Source of the DNA: Desulfobacterales bacterium
Lineage (GTDB): Bacteria; Desulfobacterota; Desulfobacteria; Desulfobacterales; YD0425bin51
NCBI GenBank assembly: GCA_015228685.1
Contig: JADGCY010000009.1
Coordinates: 1-39,588, forward strand
Reading direction: 5' to 3'
Length of the DNA stretch: 39,588 bases
Shown here: piece after piece, positions 27,951 through 37,026 of the stretch
How positions within the stretch are numbered: the first letter of the stretch is position 1
Layout: each line of letters begins with the position of its first letter
Notes under the pieces: model-generated
The model's database searches: none
Told to the model about the DNA's origin: nothing
The model's input: the letters and a program-made list of their open reading frames with translations, nothing else
Program-made: the position numbers and the translations under genes

Positions 27951-29375
27951 TTATTTTTCAATTTTTATAACTCCAATACCTCCTCTTGCGCGTTTAGCAA
28001 ATAATGTTATAGTATCTCCCTTCTTAGCTTTATTTACTGTTGCTTTATAATCGTCAACTGTTTTTATTCTTTTGTGATTAATTTCTTTTATAATATCTCC
28101 CATTGAAAGTCCTGCTTGATCTGCTTTACTTCCTTGCTCAACTCCAATTACAATAACTCCATCTTTATCAGGAATATTGTATCTGTTAGTAATCTCTGGC
28201 GTTAAATCTGATACTCTAATACCTAGGTCATCTTCTGAAGGCATTATCTTACCATTCCCGCCACCTTTAAGAGAGGCAATTTTTGAGTCTTGTCTTTGGG
28301 CTATAGTTACATCAAATGTTTTCTCTTTACCATCTCGGATTAAAGTTATTTCAGCAGTTTTACCAACTTTAATTCCTGCTACAAGTCTTGTTAATTCACG
28401 GCTTGTTTCAACTTTTTTGCCATCCACCGCAATAATTATATCTTTTGCTTGAATACCTGCTTTATCTGCAGGGTCACCTGGAAAAACCTCAGTAACAAAA
28501 ACCCCTTTTTTAGCTTTGGTTCCTGAATATTCAGCAATTTCTGGAGTAATATCTTGAATTGCAACACCAAGCCAGCCTCTTGAAACCTCTCCGCTTTGTT
28601 TAAGCTGTTCAATTATACCTTTTGCCAGATTAACAGGAATTGCAAATCCTATACCCTGTCCTTGAGCAACAATTGCTGTATTTATCCCTATTACTTCCCC
28701 TGCCATGTTAAGAAGAGGTCCGCCACTGTTCCCAGGATTTATTGAAGCATCTGTTTGAATAAAGTCATCATAAGGACCTGCTCCGATTACTCTCCCTTTA
28801 GCGCTTACAATTCCTGCTGTAACAGTATGATCTAATCCAAATGGATTTCCTATTGCGACAACCCATTGTCCAACTTTTAATGCGTCAGAATCTCCAAGCT
28901 TTATAGAGGGCAAATCCTTTTCAGGTTTAATCTTAATTAGAGCTATATCAGTATTAGGGTCTCTTCCTATAATTTTTGCGCTGAATTCTTCCCCGCTGTT
29001 TATTTTAACTTTTATTTCGTCTGCTTCTTCAATAACATGGTTATTTGTTACAATATATCCTTCTTTATCAATAATAAAGCCTGAACCTAAGCTTCTTTCT
29101 TTAAATTCCTTTTGATTCTCTTCTCCAAAAAATTTATTAAAGAAGTCATTAAACTGATCTTGATCCCCCCCAGGAGCTCTAAAGAAATGTCTAAAAACAG
29201 GACCTCCACCTTTTATGGTTTTCTGTGTACGTATATTAACTACAGTTTTACCTCCAGATTCAGCAAGATCAGTAAAATTGTCAGGAATTCCAGATGCGGA
29301 TATTGACTCTGAAATAGTAAAGTTTATGATAATCCCTATTGATAAAATAATAATTAAACAAAATTTTTTATTCAT
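27951..29375 (-). CDS. htrA: Periplasmic serine endoprotease HtrA/DegP family (trypsin domain plus two PDZ domains)
   Basis: Signal peptide. The catalytic triad context is present (TNNHVIEEAD, D in NTDIALIKI, GNSGGPL). Two PDZ-like regions follow. Confidence 0.85.
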   Translation of the reverse strand: MNKKFCLIIILSIGIIINFTISESISASGIPDNFTDLAESGGKTVVNIRTQKTIKGGGPVFRHFFRAPGGDQDQFNDFFNKFFGEENQKEFKERSLGSGFIIDKEGYIVTNNHVIEEADEIKVKINSGEEFSAKIIGRDPNTDIALIKIKPEKDLPSIKLGDSDALKVGQWVVAIGNPFGLDHTVTAGIVSAKGRVIGAGPYDDFIQTDASINPGNSGGPLLNMAGEVIGINTAIVAQGQGIGFAIPVNLAKGIIEQLKQSGEVSRGWLGVAIQDITPEIAEYSGTKAKKGVFVTEVFPGDPADKAGIQAKDIIIAVDGKKVETSRELTRLVAGIKVGKTAEITLIRDGKEKTFDVTIAQRQDSKIASLKGGGNGKIMPSEDDLGIRVSDLTPEITNRYNIPDKDGVIVIGVEQGSKADQAGLSMGDIIKEINHKRIKTVDDYKATVNKAKKGDTITLFAKRARGGIGVIKIEK

Positions 29376-29500
29376 TTTTTAATACCTCCAAAAGTTAAAG
29401 TTGAAATTGTTCTATATGAACTTGTAGTTTTTATTTAAGCCATATATAATCTTTTGTCCAAGTATTTTTTAAATATATATAATTTTTTGGAGATTTCAAT

Positions 29501-31105
29501 ATGTCTAATGAACAAAAACATGTTTTAAGAGTGGCACTTATTGCATCGCCATATCCTTTGGAGGAAGCCCCTGCTCCACCTCTTGGCATATCTTATGTTG
29601 CAAGCGCCTGTGAAGCTTCAGGAGCTATTGTTAAAATATTTGACTATATAGTACGAAAATATTCAGAAGAAAAACTAAAAAAAGAGATAGGCGATTTTTG
29701 CCCGGATGTTATTGGGACAGGTTCTGTTACTTTAAATTTTCCAAAAGCTGCAAACATTATAAGAACTGCAAAAAAACTTTTTCCAGATGCAGTTACCATG
29801 ATGGGTGGTCCACATGTTTCTTTTGATATCAAAAATACATTAACCAAATATCCAGAAATTGATATGATTTTGGTTGGTGAAGCTGAAGATACTTTGAAAG
29901 AGCTTTTACCTGTTATAAAAAATAAAGAAAAATGGAAAAATATAAATGGTATAGCTTTTTTTGATAATGGTTCTTTAATACAAACACCGAAAAGGGAGCT
30001 TATTTGTGATCTTGATTCTCTTCCTCTGCCAGCAAGGCACTTACTTCCAATGTCCAAATATCAGGCATTAGGATATCCAATCAGTATAATAACAAGCAGG
30101 GGATGTCCTTATAAGTGTATATTTTGCCTTGGAAGAAAGATGGTTGGCGCTAAAGTTCGTTATAGAAATCCAAAGCTCGTAGCTGATGAGATAGAGCATA
30201 TACTGTCATATGGAATAAACAGAATAAATGTAGCTGATGATCTTTTTACATCTAATAAAGAAAGAGTTCATGCGTTATGCAATGAGATTAAAGACAGGAA
30301 TTTAAAATTTCATTGGAGTGCTTTTGCAAGGGTTAATACTGTTGATAAGGAAGTGCTTAAACTTATGAAAGATACTGGATGTGATTCAATATGTTTTGGA
30401 ATTGAATCAGGTGACAGTGAGATGTTAAAGAGAATAAAAAAGGGAATAACTGTAGAACAGATAAAGAGAGCTATTTCTATATCTAAAGAAGTTGGAATAA
30501 CTGCTTTTGCTTCATTTATAATTGGGCTTCCTGGTGAAACCCATGAATCCCTTAAAAATACTAAAGAAGTAGCAGAATCACTTGATACTGCTTATGGTTA
30601 TCATATGCTTGCCCCTTTTCCAGGGACTACTGTTCGGGAAGAAATTAAAAATTTTGATTTAGAGATTTTAACAGATGAGTGGGAACTATATGATGCAAAC
30701 AGACCAATTGTTAGAACATCTCAAATTGGACCACAGGATATGGAAGAATTTATCTCTGACCTTGTAGATTTTCATAAAAAAAAGTGGGACATTCTGGTTG
30801 AGCAATATAAAAATGATACCTGCAATAAAGAAGATTATCTTATTATAGAGGGATTTCATAGAACTCAATTAATTTTTAAACTTCTTTCAGAAGACTTGAT
30901 TGAAGATTATGGTTACTTTGAAGAAGAAGGGGAGCCAACATCTCTTCTTTTAAATAAAATGTCTGAGCTGATAGACATGGAAAAACCTTTTATTGATCGC
31001 ACAATTGTAAGCCTTATCTCAGCTAATTATCTTAAATATGAGAAAAAGGGTAACGGTATCAAATGGTTTTGGAAGCATAATAAGCATGTTGATCACTTAG
31101 AGTAG
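29501..31105 (+). CDS. B12-binding-domain radical SAM (class B) enzyme with a C-terminal extension of about 130 aa
   Basis: N-terminal cobalamin-binding Rossmann-like region (VLRVALIASPYPLEEAPAPPLGISYVAS), the radical SAM cluster motif CPYKCIFC, and the ELP/GLPGET region. Confidence 0.75.
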   Translation: MSNEQKHVLRVALIASPYPLEEAPAPPLGISYVASACEASGAIVKIFDYIVRKYSEEKLKKEIGDFCPDVIGTGSVTLNFPKAANIIRTAKKLFPDAVTMMGGPHVSFDIKNTLTKYPEIDMILVGEAEDTLKELLPVIKNKEKWKNINGIAFFDNGSLIQTPKRELICDLDSLPLPARHLLPMSKYQALGYPISIITSRGCPYKCIFCLGRKMVGAKVRYRNPKLVADEIEHILSYGINRINVADDLFTSNKERVHALCNEIKDRNLKFHWSAFARVNTVDKEVLKLMKDTGCDSICFGIESGDSEMLKRIKKGITVEQIKRAISISKEVGITAFASFIIGLPGETHESLKNTKEVAESLDTAYGYHMLAPFPGTTVREEIKNFDLEILTDEWELYDANRPIVRTSQIGPQDMEEFISDLVDFHKKKWDILVEQYKNDTCNKEDYLIIEGFHRTQLIFKLLSEDLIEDYGYFEEEGEPTSLLLNKMSELIDMEKPFIDRTIVSLISANYLKYEKKGNGIKWFWKHNKHVDHLE

Positions 31106-31145
31106 AGACGCGTAGCCGTAGAGACGCACGGCCGTGCGTCTCTAC
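31102..31145. repeat. GC-rich perfect 28-bp palindrome (31118-31145) preceded by a direct copy of its arm (31102-31111). It is a probable strong hairpin, either a terminator or a REP-like element.
   Basis: GTAGAGACGCACGG|CCGTGCGTCTCTAC are exact reverse complements of each other. GTAGAGACGC also occurs at 31102-31111. The element overlaps the stop codon of the rSAM gene and lies 14 nt upstream of the mntP ATG. Confidence 0.6.
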
Positions 31146-31158
31146 ATTTAGAGGATTT

Positions 31159-31731
31159 ATGAAATTAACAAGTATTTTAGCAATTTCTGTAGCTTTAGCA
31201 ATGGATGCATTTGCTGTTGCTTTTGCTACAGGAGTAGGATTAAAAGCTTTAAATTTTCGTCAAATATTTAGATTATCATGGCATTTTGGTTTTTTTCAGG
31301 CAATGATGCCTGTAATAGGATGGCAGCTTGGTCTTAAAGTTAGGGTTTATATTGAGCAATATGACCATTGGGTTGCTTTTATTCTTTTAGCTTTTGTTGG
31401 TGGTAAAATGATTTTTGAATCATTCTCACATAAAGAAGAAGAATCTATAAAAAAAGACCCAACCAAAGGTATGAGTCTTGTTGTACTCTCAGTTGCAACA
31501 AGTATTGACGCTTTAGCTGTTGGTTTAAGCATAGCAATGCTTAGGATATCTATTTTACTACCTGCAATAGTAATTGGAATAACGGCTTTTATTTTTACTG
31601 TAACAGGTATGATTTTAGGAAGAAAAACAGGTTCAATATCTTATTTAAGCCAATATGCAGAACTTTTAGGCGGTATAGTTTTATGCGGAATTGGCTTAAA
31701 TATAATATATGAACATGGAGTTTTGGGCTAA
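31159..31731 (+). CDS. mntP: Manganese efflux pump MntP
   Basis: Two-repeat membrane protein with the conserved motifs LAMDAFAVAF, SIDALAVGLS and YDHWVAFILLAFVGGKMI...AELLGGIVLCGIGL, which closely match the MntP family. Confidence 0.8.
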   Translation: MKLTSILAISVALAMDAFAVAFATGVGLKALNFRQIFRLSWHFGFFQAMMPVIGWQLGLKVRVYIEQYDHWVAFILLAFVGGKMIFESFSHKEEESIKKDPTKGMSLVVLSVATSIDALAVGLSIAMLRISILLPAIVIGITAFIFTVTGMILGRKTGSISYLSQYAELLGGIVLCGIGLNIIYEHGVLG

Positions 31732-32711
31732 ATTTTTACAGCGCCCCTTACTTCTTCCATAGTTGCTTTGGCAACTTTTCTGGCTTTATTTCCGCCTGTC
31801 ATTATTAGTTCAGCAACTATTTCAGGATGGCTTTCATAATAAATTCGTTTTTCTCTAATTGGAGCAAGGGCTGAACTTAAATTTTTTGCAAGTATTTTTT
31901 TGCATTCCACACATCCTATTTGAGCCTTTCTACATTCTGTATCAGCTCTTTCAACAATATCTTTTTCGCTGTATAGTTTATGAAATTCAAAAACATTGCA
32001 TACTTCAGGATTTCCTGGGTCGCTTTTTTTTGCCCTTTGAGGGTCAGTAATCATTTGGGACACTTTTTTTGCAATTTCATCAGGTGACTCTGATAAATAA
32101 ATTGCATTATTATAGCTTTTACTCATCTTCCTTCTATCTAAACCAAGAATTTTAGGTGTTTGCGTAAGTATTGCCTGAGGCTCTGGAAATATTTCTCCAT
32201 AAAAATAATTAAAGCGTCTTGCAATTTCACGGGTAATTTCAACATGAGGAACTTGATCTACCCCAACAGGAACTCCATCTGCTTTATATATGATAATATC
32301 TGCTGCCTGCAAAACTGGATAACCTAAAAATCCAAAAGTTGATAAATCCTTATTTGAAAGCTGTGCTATTTGTTCTTTATATGTAGGATTTCTCTCAAGC
32401 CACGGAACTGGTGTTATCATTGATAAAAGCAAAAAAAGTTCTGCATGTTCCTTAATATGTGATTGGACAAATAGGGTGCATTTTTCAGGTGATAATCCAA
32501 CGCTAAGCCAATCAATCATCATGTTTTTTACAAAACCCTTTATATTTTTAGTGTTTTCATAATCGCTTGTCAATGCATGCCAGTCTGCAATAAAGAAAAA
32601 ACAGTCATATTCTTCCTGCATTTTAACCCAGTTTTCCAATGCACCGTGAAAATTACCCAGATGAAGCTGTCCTGTAGGACGCATTCCGCTTAACACTCTT
32701 TTTCTATTCAT
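31728..32711 (-). CDS. trpS: Tryptophanyl-tRNA synthetase
   Basis: Class I aaRS HIGH-type motif (LHLGNFHGAL) and KMSKS (RKMSKS). Size and pattern match TrpRS. Its 3' end overlaps mntP by 4 bp in convergent orientation. Confidence 0.85.
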   Translation of the reverse strand: MNRKRVLSGMRPTGQLHLGNFHGALENWVKMQEEYDCFFFIADWHALTSDYENTKNIKGFVKNMMIDWLSVGLSPEKCTLFVQSHIKEHAELFLLLSMITPVPWLERNPTYKEQIAQLSNKDLSTFGFLGYPVLQAADIIIYKADGVPVGVDQVPHVEITREIARRFNYFYGEIFPEPQAILTQTPKILGLDRRKMSKSYNNAIYLSESPDEIAKKVSQMITDPQRAKKSDPGNPEVCNVFEFHKLYSEKDIVERADTECRKAQIGCVECKKILAKNLSSALAPIREKRIYYESHPEIVAELIMTGGNKARKVAKATMEEVRGAVKI

Positions 32712-32729
32712 AAGAATTCTCCTTAAAAT

Positions 32730-33392
32730 TTATTTTCCTAATAAAAAATCAATTAGAGGTGTTGCAAAAAAATTAATTACTTTGTTTAAAGAATCTGTTG
32801 CTAAAAGAATCATTATTATTATTAAACCAAAGCGCTCAATAGAGTTAAAACTTTCTCGTATTTTGTCTGGCAAAAATATTGCTAAAATACGGCTGCCGTC
32901 TAGAGGAGGGATGGGAATAAGATTAAATACAGCTAATACTGAATTTATGATTATGCTGTTTATAAGCATATAAAGAAGATCCATAATAATTGGTTTTAAT
33001 AAGGTAGTGGCCCATGACTTCTCAAAATAAATGAAAATATGCAGAATTATGGCTGACAAAACTGCTAAAATAAAATTAGCTGTAACGCCTGCAGCAGAAA
33101 CATAAATAGTACCTTTTTTAAAGTTATGAAAATTATAAGGGTTTACTGGTACTGGCTTTGCGTATCCAAAAATAAATGGTGAGCCGGAAAGTTTTAAGAG
33201 CAAAGGGAGAATAATTGACCCTACAATATCCAAATGGTATATAGGATTTAAAGTAAGTCTTCCAGCTAGTTTTGCTGTCATATCTCCCATTTTATATGCA
33301 ACATATCCATGTGCAACTTCATGGCATGTTACAGAAAGAATAAGAGGAACAAGCATTACCACCCATTTATTTAATTCAATATCAAGAGACAT
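32730..33392 (-). CDS. Peptidase M50 (site-2 protease-like) membrane metalloprotease
   Basis: An HExxH motif lies inside a TM segment (CHEVAHGYVAYK), with multiple TM helices and a downstream LDG motif. Confidence 0.6.
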   Translation of the reverse strand: MSLDIELNKWVVMLVPLILSVTCHEVAHGYVAYKMGDMTAKLAGRLTLNPIYHLDIVGSIILPLLLKLSGSPFIFGYAKPVPVNPYNFHNFKKGTIYVSAAGVTANFILAVLSAIILHIFIYFEKSWATTLLKPIIMDLLYMLINSIIINSVLAVFNLIPIPPLDGSRILAIFLPDKIRESFNSIERFGLIIIMILLATDSLNKVINFFATPLIDFLLGK

Positions 33393-36024
33393 AATTTTTC
33401 ACAAAAGAAAGTTCATCTTCTCTGTTTGATAGAAGACCGTTTAGTTTTGCATCCAAAACTGCGTTTAAAATTTTGCCATAAATTGGTCCTTCTTTTATAT
33501 TTATGGCTCTTAAATCCTTACCAGTTATTGAAATTTTTTCATTTTTAAGCTGTGTCAAATAAAATGATATAGCTTTTTTAACTTTTTCATATTTTGTTTG
33601 AGCCATCATATAAAGTATAAGCTCAGTTTTAAATATAGAGAGTTTACTATAAAGCAAGCTGTTTTGAGTAGGTAAGTTTTGCTCTAGCCAGAAAAGAATT
33701 TGATTAGCTATTATTCTTTCTTTGGAAAAAATATCTCTCTGACGAACAGGAAGTTCAAAATTGTTACATATTTCTTCACTGATTTTTTGATCTAAATTTT
33801 TAAGAAGCGCTAGAAAATAAATGGCCCATTTCATTAATCTTTCTTCTAAAAAAAGCAAATCATGCCATGCTAATGTTTTTTTTACTGAATCAAGTTGGGA
33901 TATTATTTCTTTATTTAATTTAATTAATGGGTGTATCGCACTTAAAAGATTATAATCATTCAATCTAATGATTGCATTTGTTGGATTTTCTTCTTCTAAT
34001 ATTTGTTTTACTTCAGCAAAAACTCTTCTACCACTTAAGCGTTTAAAAAAATCCATTTTCACTGCATTTTCAATAAGACTGGAAGTTAACTTACCTATTG
34101 TAAATCCAAATCTTTGTTCAAATCTTATTGCCCTGAAAATTCGGGTTGGGTCTTCAACAAAGCTAAGGTTATGTAAAACTCTAATAATTTTTTCCTTTAA
34201 GTCTTTTTGTGAACCAAAAAAGTCAATAAGAGTGCCAAATTTATCATGGTTTAACTGAATAGCTAAAGCATTTATTGTAAAATCCCTTCTGAATAGATCT
34301 AATTTTATTGAACTCATTTCAACAACAGGGAGTGCTGCTGGAAATTTATAATATTCTATTCTAGCAGATGCTACATCTATTTTAGATCCATCAGAAAACT
34401 TGATAATCGCTGTTCCAAAGGTTTCGTGAGAATATATCTTTGCTTTAAATATAGATGCAAATTTTTTAGCAAAAGCTATTCCATCCCCTTCTATTACAAT
34501 ATCAATATCTTCGTTAGTTTTATATAGAAATAGATCTCTTACAAAACCTCCTACTATATAGGCGTTTAAATTGAGTTCATCTGCTATTTTTCCTATATCT
34601 TTAAGCTTTTTTATTAAACGATCAGATAATCTTTCATTCATGAATTTTATAATATTTCTGGTTCTAGGTCCTACAGACTCATTTAAATATATATTTCCTT
34701 TATCTGATTTTATATGGGTTTGATATACAAGTACATTCAAAAGATCAGTTCTTGTTATAACACCTATAAGCTTATTATTATCAACAACTGGTAAAATTCT
34801 CTGTTTATTATCAATTATTTTTGTCTGTATTTCACTAAGATGAGCGTCAGGATTTACAGTTACAATTTCTGTATTCATATATTCACAAACAGGTACTATA
34901 TCCAATTTATGAAACAGAGCTTTTTCAATGATCTGTCTGGATATAAAACCAAGGATAGAATCATTATCAGTTACTATAAGAGTATTTATATTATAGCGTG
35001 TTAAAATTGTGCTTGCTTCCCTGCAGGTTACATTTGGCGAAATTGTAATAACCGGGAATGACATAAGCTCTTTTGCATAACGTCTTGCTTTAATTTTTTG
35101 ATAAAGAGTGCTTATAAGCTTTTGTTCAACTTGAGTAAGAGTTTCTCCTTTAACTGTAGCTGATGCTGCAAAACTATGTCCTCCACCCCCAAATGTTAAT
35201 AAGATATCTGCTACGTCAACTTCAGAAATTCTGCTTCTTGCAACTATATAAATATTATCAGCCATTCTAGCTATTACAAAAATAGCATTTAGATTCTCCA
35301 TTTTAATAATTTTTTGTACTAGAAGTGCAATGTCTGCTACATAATTATCTCTGGAAAAAATTGTAATTACTATATCAACGCCATGAATGCTGTAATGAGT
35401 TAAGGACTGAATCATGTCGCTAAGTAGTCCTATTTGCTCTGGTGTTATTTCTCTTGATATGAGGTTAGCTATAATATTTAAATTAGCACCTTTGGATAAT
35501 AAAAAAGCAGCGGCGCTGAAATCTTTTTCTGTTGTTGAAGAGTAAGTAAATGAACCTGTGTCTTCATATATACCAAGACACATTATTGTAGCTTCATCTG
35601 GAGATATGGGAATTCCTTTATTTTTTATTATTTCAGTTAATATAGTTATAGTTGCTCCTGTTAATTCATTTACTTCAAAATTGCTTTTGATATCGTTTAT
35701 TGCTGGAGGATGGTGATCATAAATATGAATCTCAATATTTGATTGTTGAAGAAGAGAAGAAAGCTTTCCGATGCGATTAGCTTGTCTTGTATCTACTAAA
35801 ACTAGTCTTTTTACAGAAGAAAGATCTATATCTTTAATATCTGCCATATTAAAAAGATAGAATATGGATTTTATGAAAAAGTTTCTTAAAGTTTTTTCTT
35901 GAGAGCCTGGAAAAACTAAAAGAGCATCTGGATAGAGCTTTTGAGCAGCAAGCATTGAGGCTACAGCGTCAAAGTCAGAATTTATATGGGTTGTAATAAC
36001 AGTAAGGTTTTGATTATTTTGCAT
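33382..36024 (-). CDS. Multi-domain DHH/DHHA1 phosphoesterase - CBS pair - polyA polymerase/CCA-adding (tRNA nucleotidyltransferase-like) head domain protein
   Basis: DHH motifs (HINSDFDAVAS, DHH in IYDHHPP), a CBS pair (VITISPNVTCREA..., IVPVCEYMNTEIVTV...), a nucleotidyltransferase GGxVRD motif (VGGFVRDLFL) and the PAP/CCA head region. Confidence 0.7.
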   Translation of the reverse strand: MQNNQNLTVITTHINSDFDAVASMLAAQKLYPDALLVFPGSQEKTLRNFFIKSIFYLFNMADIKDIDLSSVKRLVLVDTRQANRIGKLSSLLQQSNIEIHIYDHHPPAINDIKSNFEVNELTGATITILTEIIKNKGIPISPDEATIMCLGIYEDTGSFTYSSTTEKDFSAAAFLLSKGANLNIIANLISREITPEQIGLLSDMIQSLTHYSIHGVDIVITIFSRDNYVADIALLVQKIIKMENLNAIFVIARMADNIYIVARSRISEVDVADILLTFGGGGHSFAASATVKGETLTQVEQKLISTLYQKIKARRYAKELMSFPVITISPNVTCREASTILTRYNINTLIVTDNDSILGFISRQIIEKALFHKLDIVPVCEYMNTEIVTVNPDAHLSEIQTKIIDNKQRILPVVDNNKLIGVITRTDLLNVLVYQTHIKSDKGNIYLNESVGPRTRNIIKFMNERLSDRLIKKLKDIGKIADELNLNAYIVGGFVRDLFLYKTNEDIDIVIEGDGIAFAKKFASIFKAKIYSHETFGTAIIKFSDGSKIDVASARIEYYKFPAALPVVEMSSIKLDLFRRDFTINALAIQLNHDKFGTLIDFFGSQKDLKEKIIRVLHNLSFVEDPTRIFRAIRFEQRFGFTIGKLTSSLIENAVKMDFFKRLSGRRVFAEVKQILEEENPTNAIIRLNDYNLLSAIHPLIKLNKEIISQLDSVKKTLAWHDLLFLEERLMKWAIYFLALLKNLDQKISEEICNNFELPVRQRDIFSKERIIANQILFWLEQNLPTQNSLLYSKLSIFKTELILYMMAQTKYEKVKKAISFYLTQLKNEKISITGKDLRAINIKEGPIYGKILNAVLDAKLNGLLSNREDELSFVKNYVS

Positions 36025-36087
36025 CTATATTTTACTTTTTATTAAATTAATTTGAAATATCTTTTTTTTACTTTAATATATAAATCC

Positions 36088-37023
36088 ATGAGCTTTCAAT
36101 ATCTTTTTGGACCAGTTCCTTCAAGACGCCTTGGTATTTCCCTTGGAGTTGACATTGTACCTCACAAAACATGCACATTAGACTGCATATATTGTGAATG
36201 CGGTAAAACTACAGATCTAACAATAGATAGGAAAATATATTTTAACGTAAATGAAATAAAAAGAGAACTAGATTTTTTTTTATATGAAAAACCAAAATTA
36301 GATTTTATAACATTTTCAGGTTCTGGTGAACCAACTTTAAATAGTAAAATATCTGAAATTACAAGATTTATAAAATCAAAATTTCCAGAATACAAAATAG
36401 CTCTTTTAACCAATGGTACACTATTTTATGATTCAAATGTTAAATCTGAAATTTGTGATGTTGATTTATTAAAAATTTCGATAGATGCTGCAACAGAAAA
36501 AACATTTCAGCTTATTAATCGTCCACATCCTGAGCTTAATCTATCACAAATAATTGAAGGAATATTTGAGTTAAAAAAAGATTTTTCTTCTAAAATTTGG
36601 ATTGAAGTATTTCTTGTTTCAGGTTTAAACGATACAGATTCAGAACTGTCAGAACTTAAAAAAGTAATATCTTTAATAGAACCTGACAAAATCCAGTTGA
36701 ATACAATAGACAGGCCCGGAACAGAGAGTTTTGTAAAACAGGTTGATGAAAAAAAACTTAAAGATATCTCATCTTATTTATTCAATGCTGAAATCATAAG
36801 CCGCTTTAATTCAAAAATCAAAACTGGCGTTTTTAAAGATATTACAGGTGAAGCTATTTTGGCTACATTAAAACGAAGACCATGCACGGTAAAAGATATT
36901 TCAGAAATACTTTCATTAGACGAAGAGAATATAAAAAACTATTTGGAACTACTTTTAAATAGTAACAAGATTTTAAAAACAACTATGCAAAGAGGAGTTT
37001 TTTATTTAGCAAAGGAGAAATAG
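36088..37023 (+). CDS. Radical SAM protein (COG0731/Tyw1-like small radical SAM family)
   Basis: CxxxCxxC motif (CTLDCIYCEC) preceded by the GPVPSRRLGISLGVD pattern typical of this family. The first ATG is at 36088. The ORF track used an upstream TTG at 36052. Confidence 0.65.
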   Translation: MSFQYLFGPVPSRRLGISLGVDIVPHKTCTLDCIYCECGKTTDLTIDRKIYFNVNEIKRELDFFLYEKPKLDFITFSGSGEPTLNSKISEITRFIKSKFPEYKIALLTNGTLFYDSNVKSEICDVDLLKISIDAATEKTFQLINRPHPELNLSQIIEGIFELKKDFSSKIWIEVFLVSGLNDTDSELSELKKVISLIEPDKIQLNTIDRPGTESFVKQVDEKKLKDISSYLFNAEIISRFNSKIKTGVFKDITGEAILATLKRRPCTVKDISEILSLDEENIKNYLELLLNSNKILKTTMQRGVFYLAKEK

Positions 37024-37026
37024 TAT

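Noticed and set aside
31106-31158. Possible yybP-ykoY Mn riboswitch upstream of mntP
   Set aside because: The intergenic region is only about 53 nt, far too short for the roughly 100+ nt riboswitch. Only the GC-rich palindrome is present.
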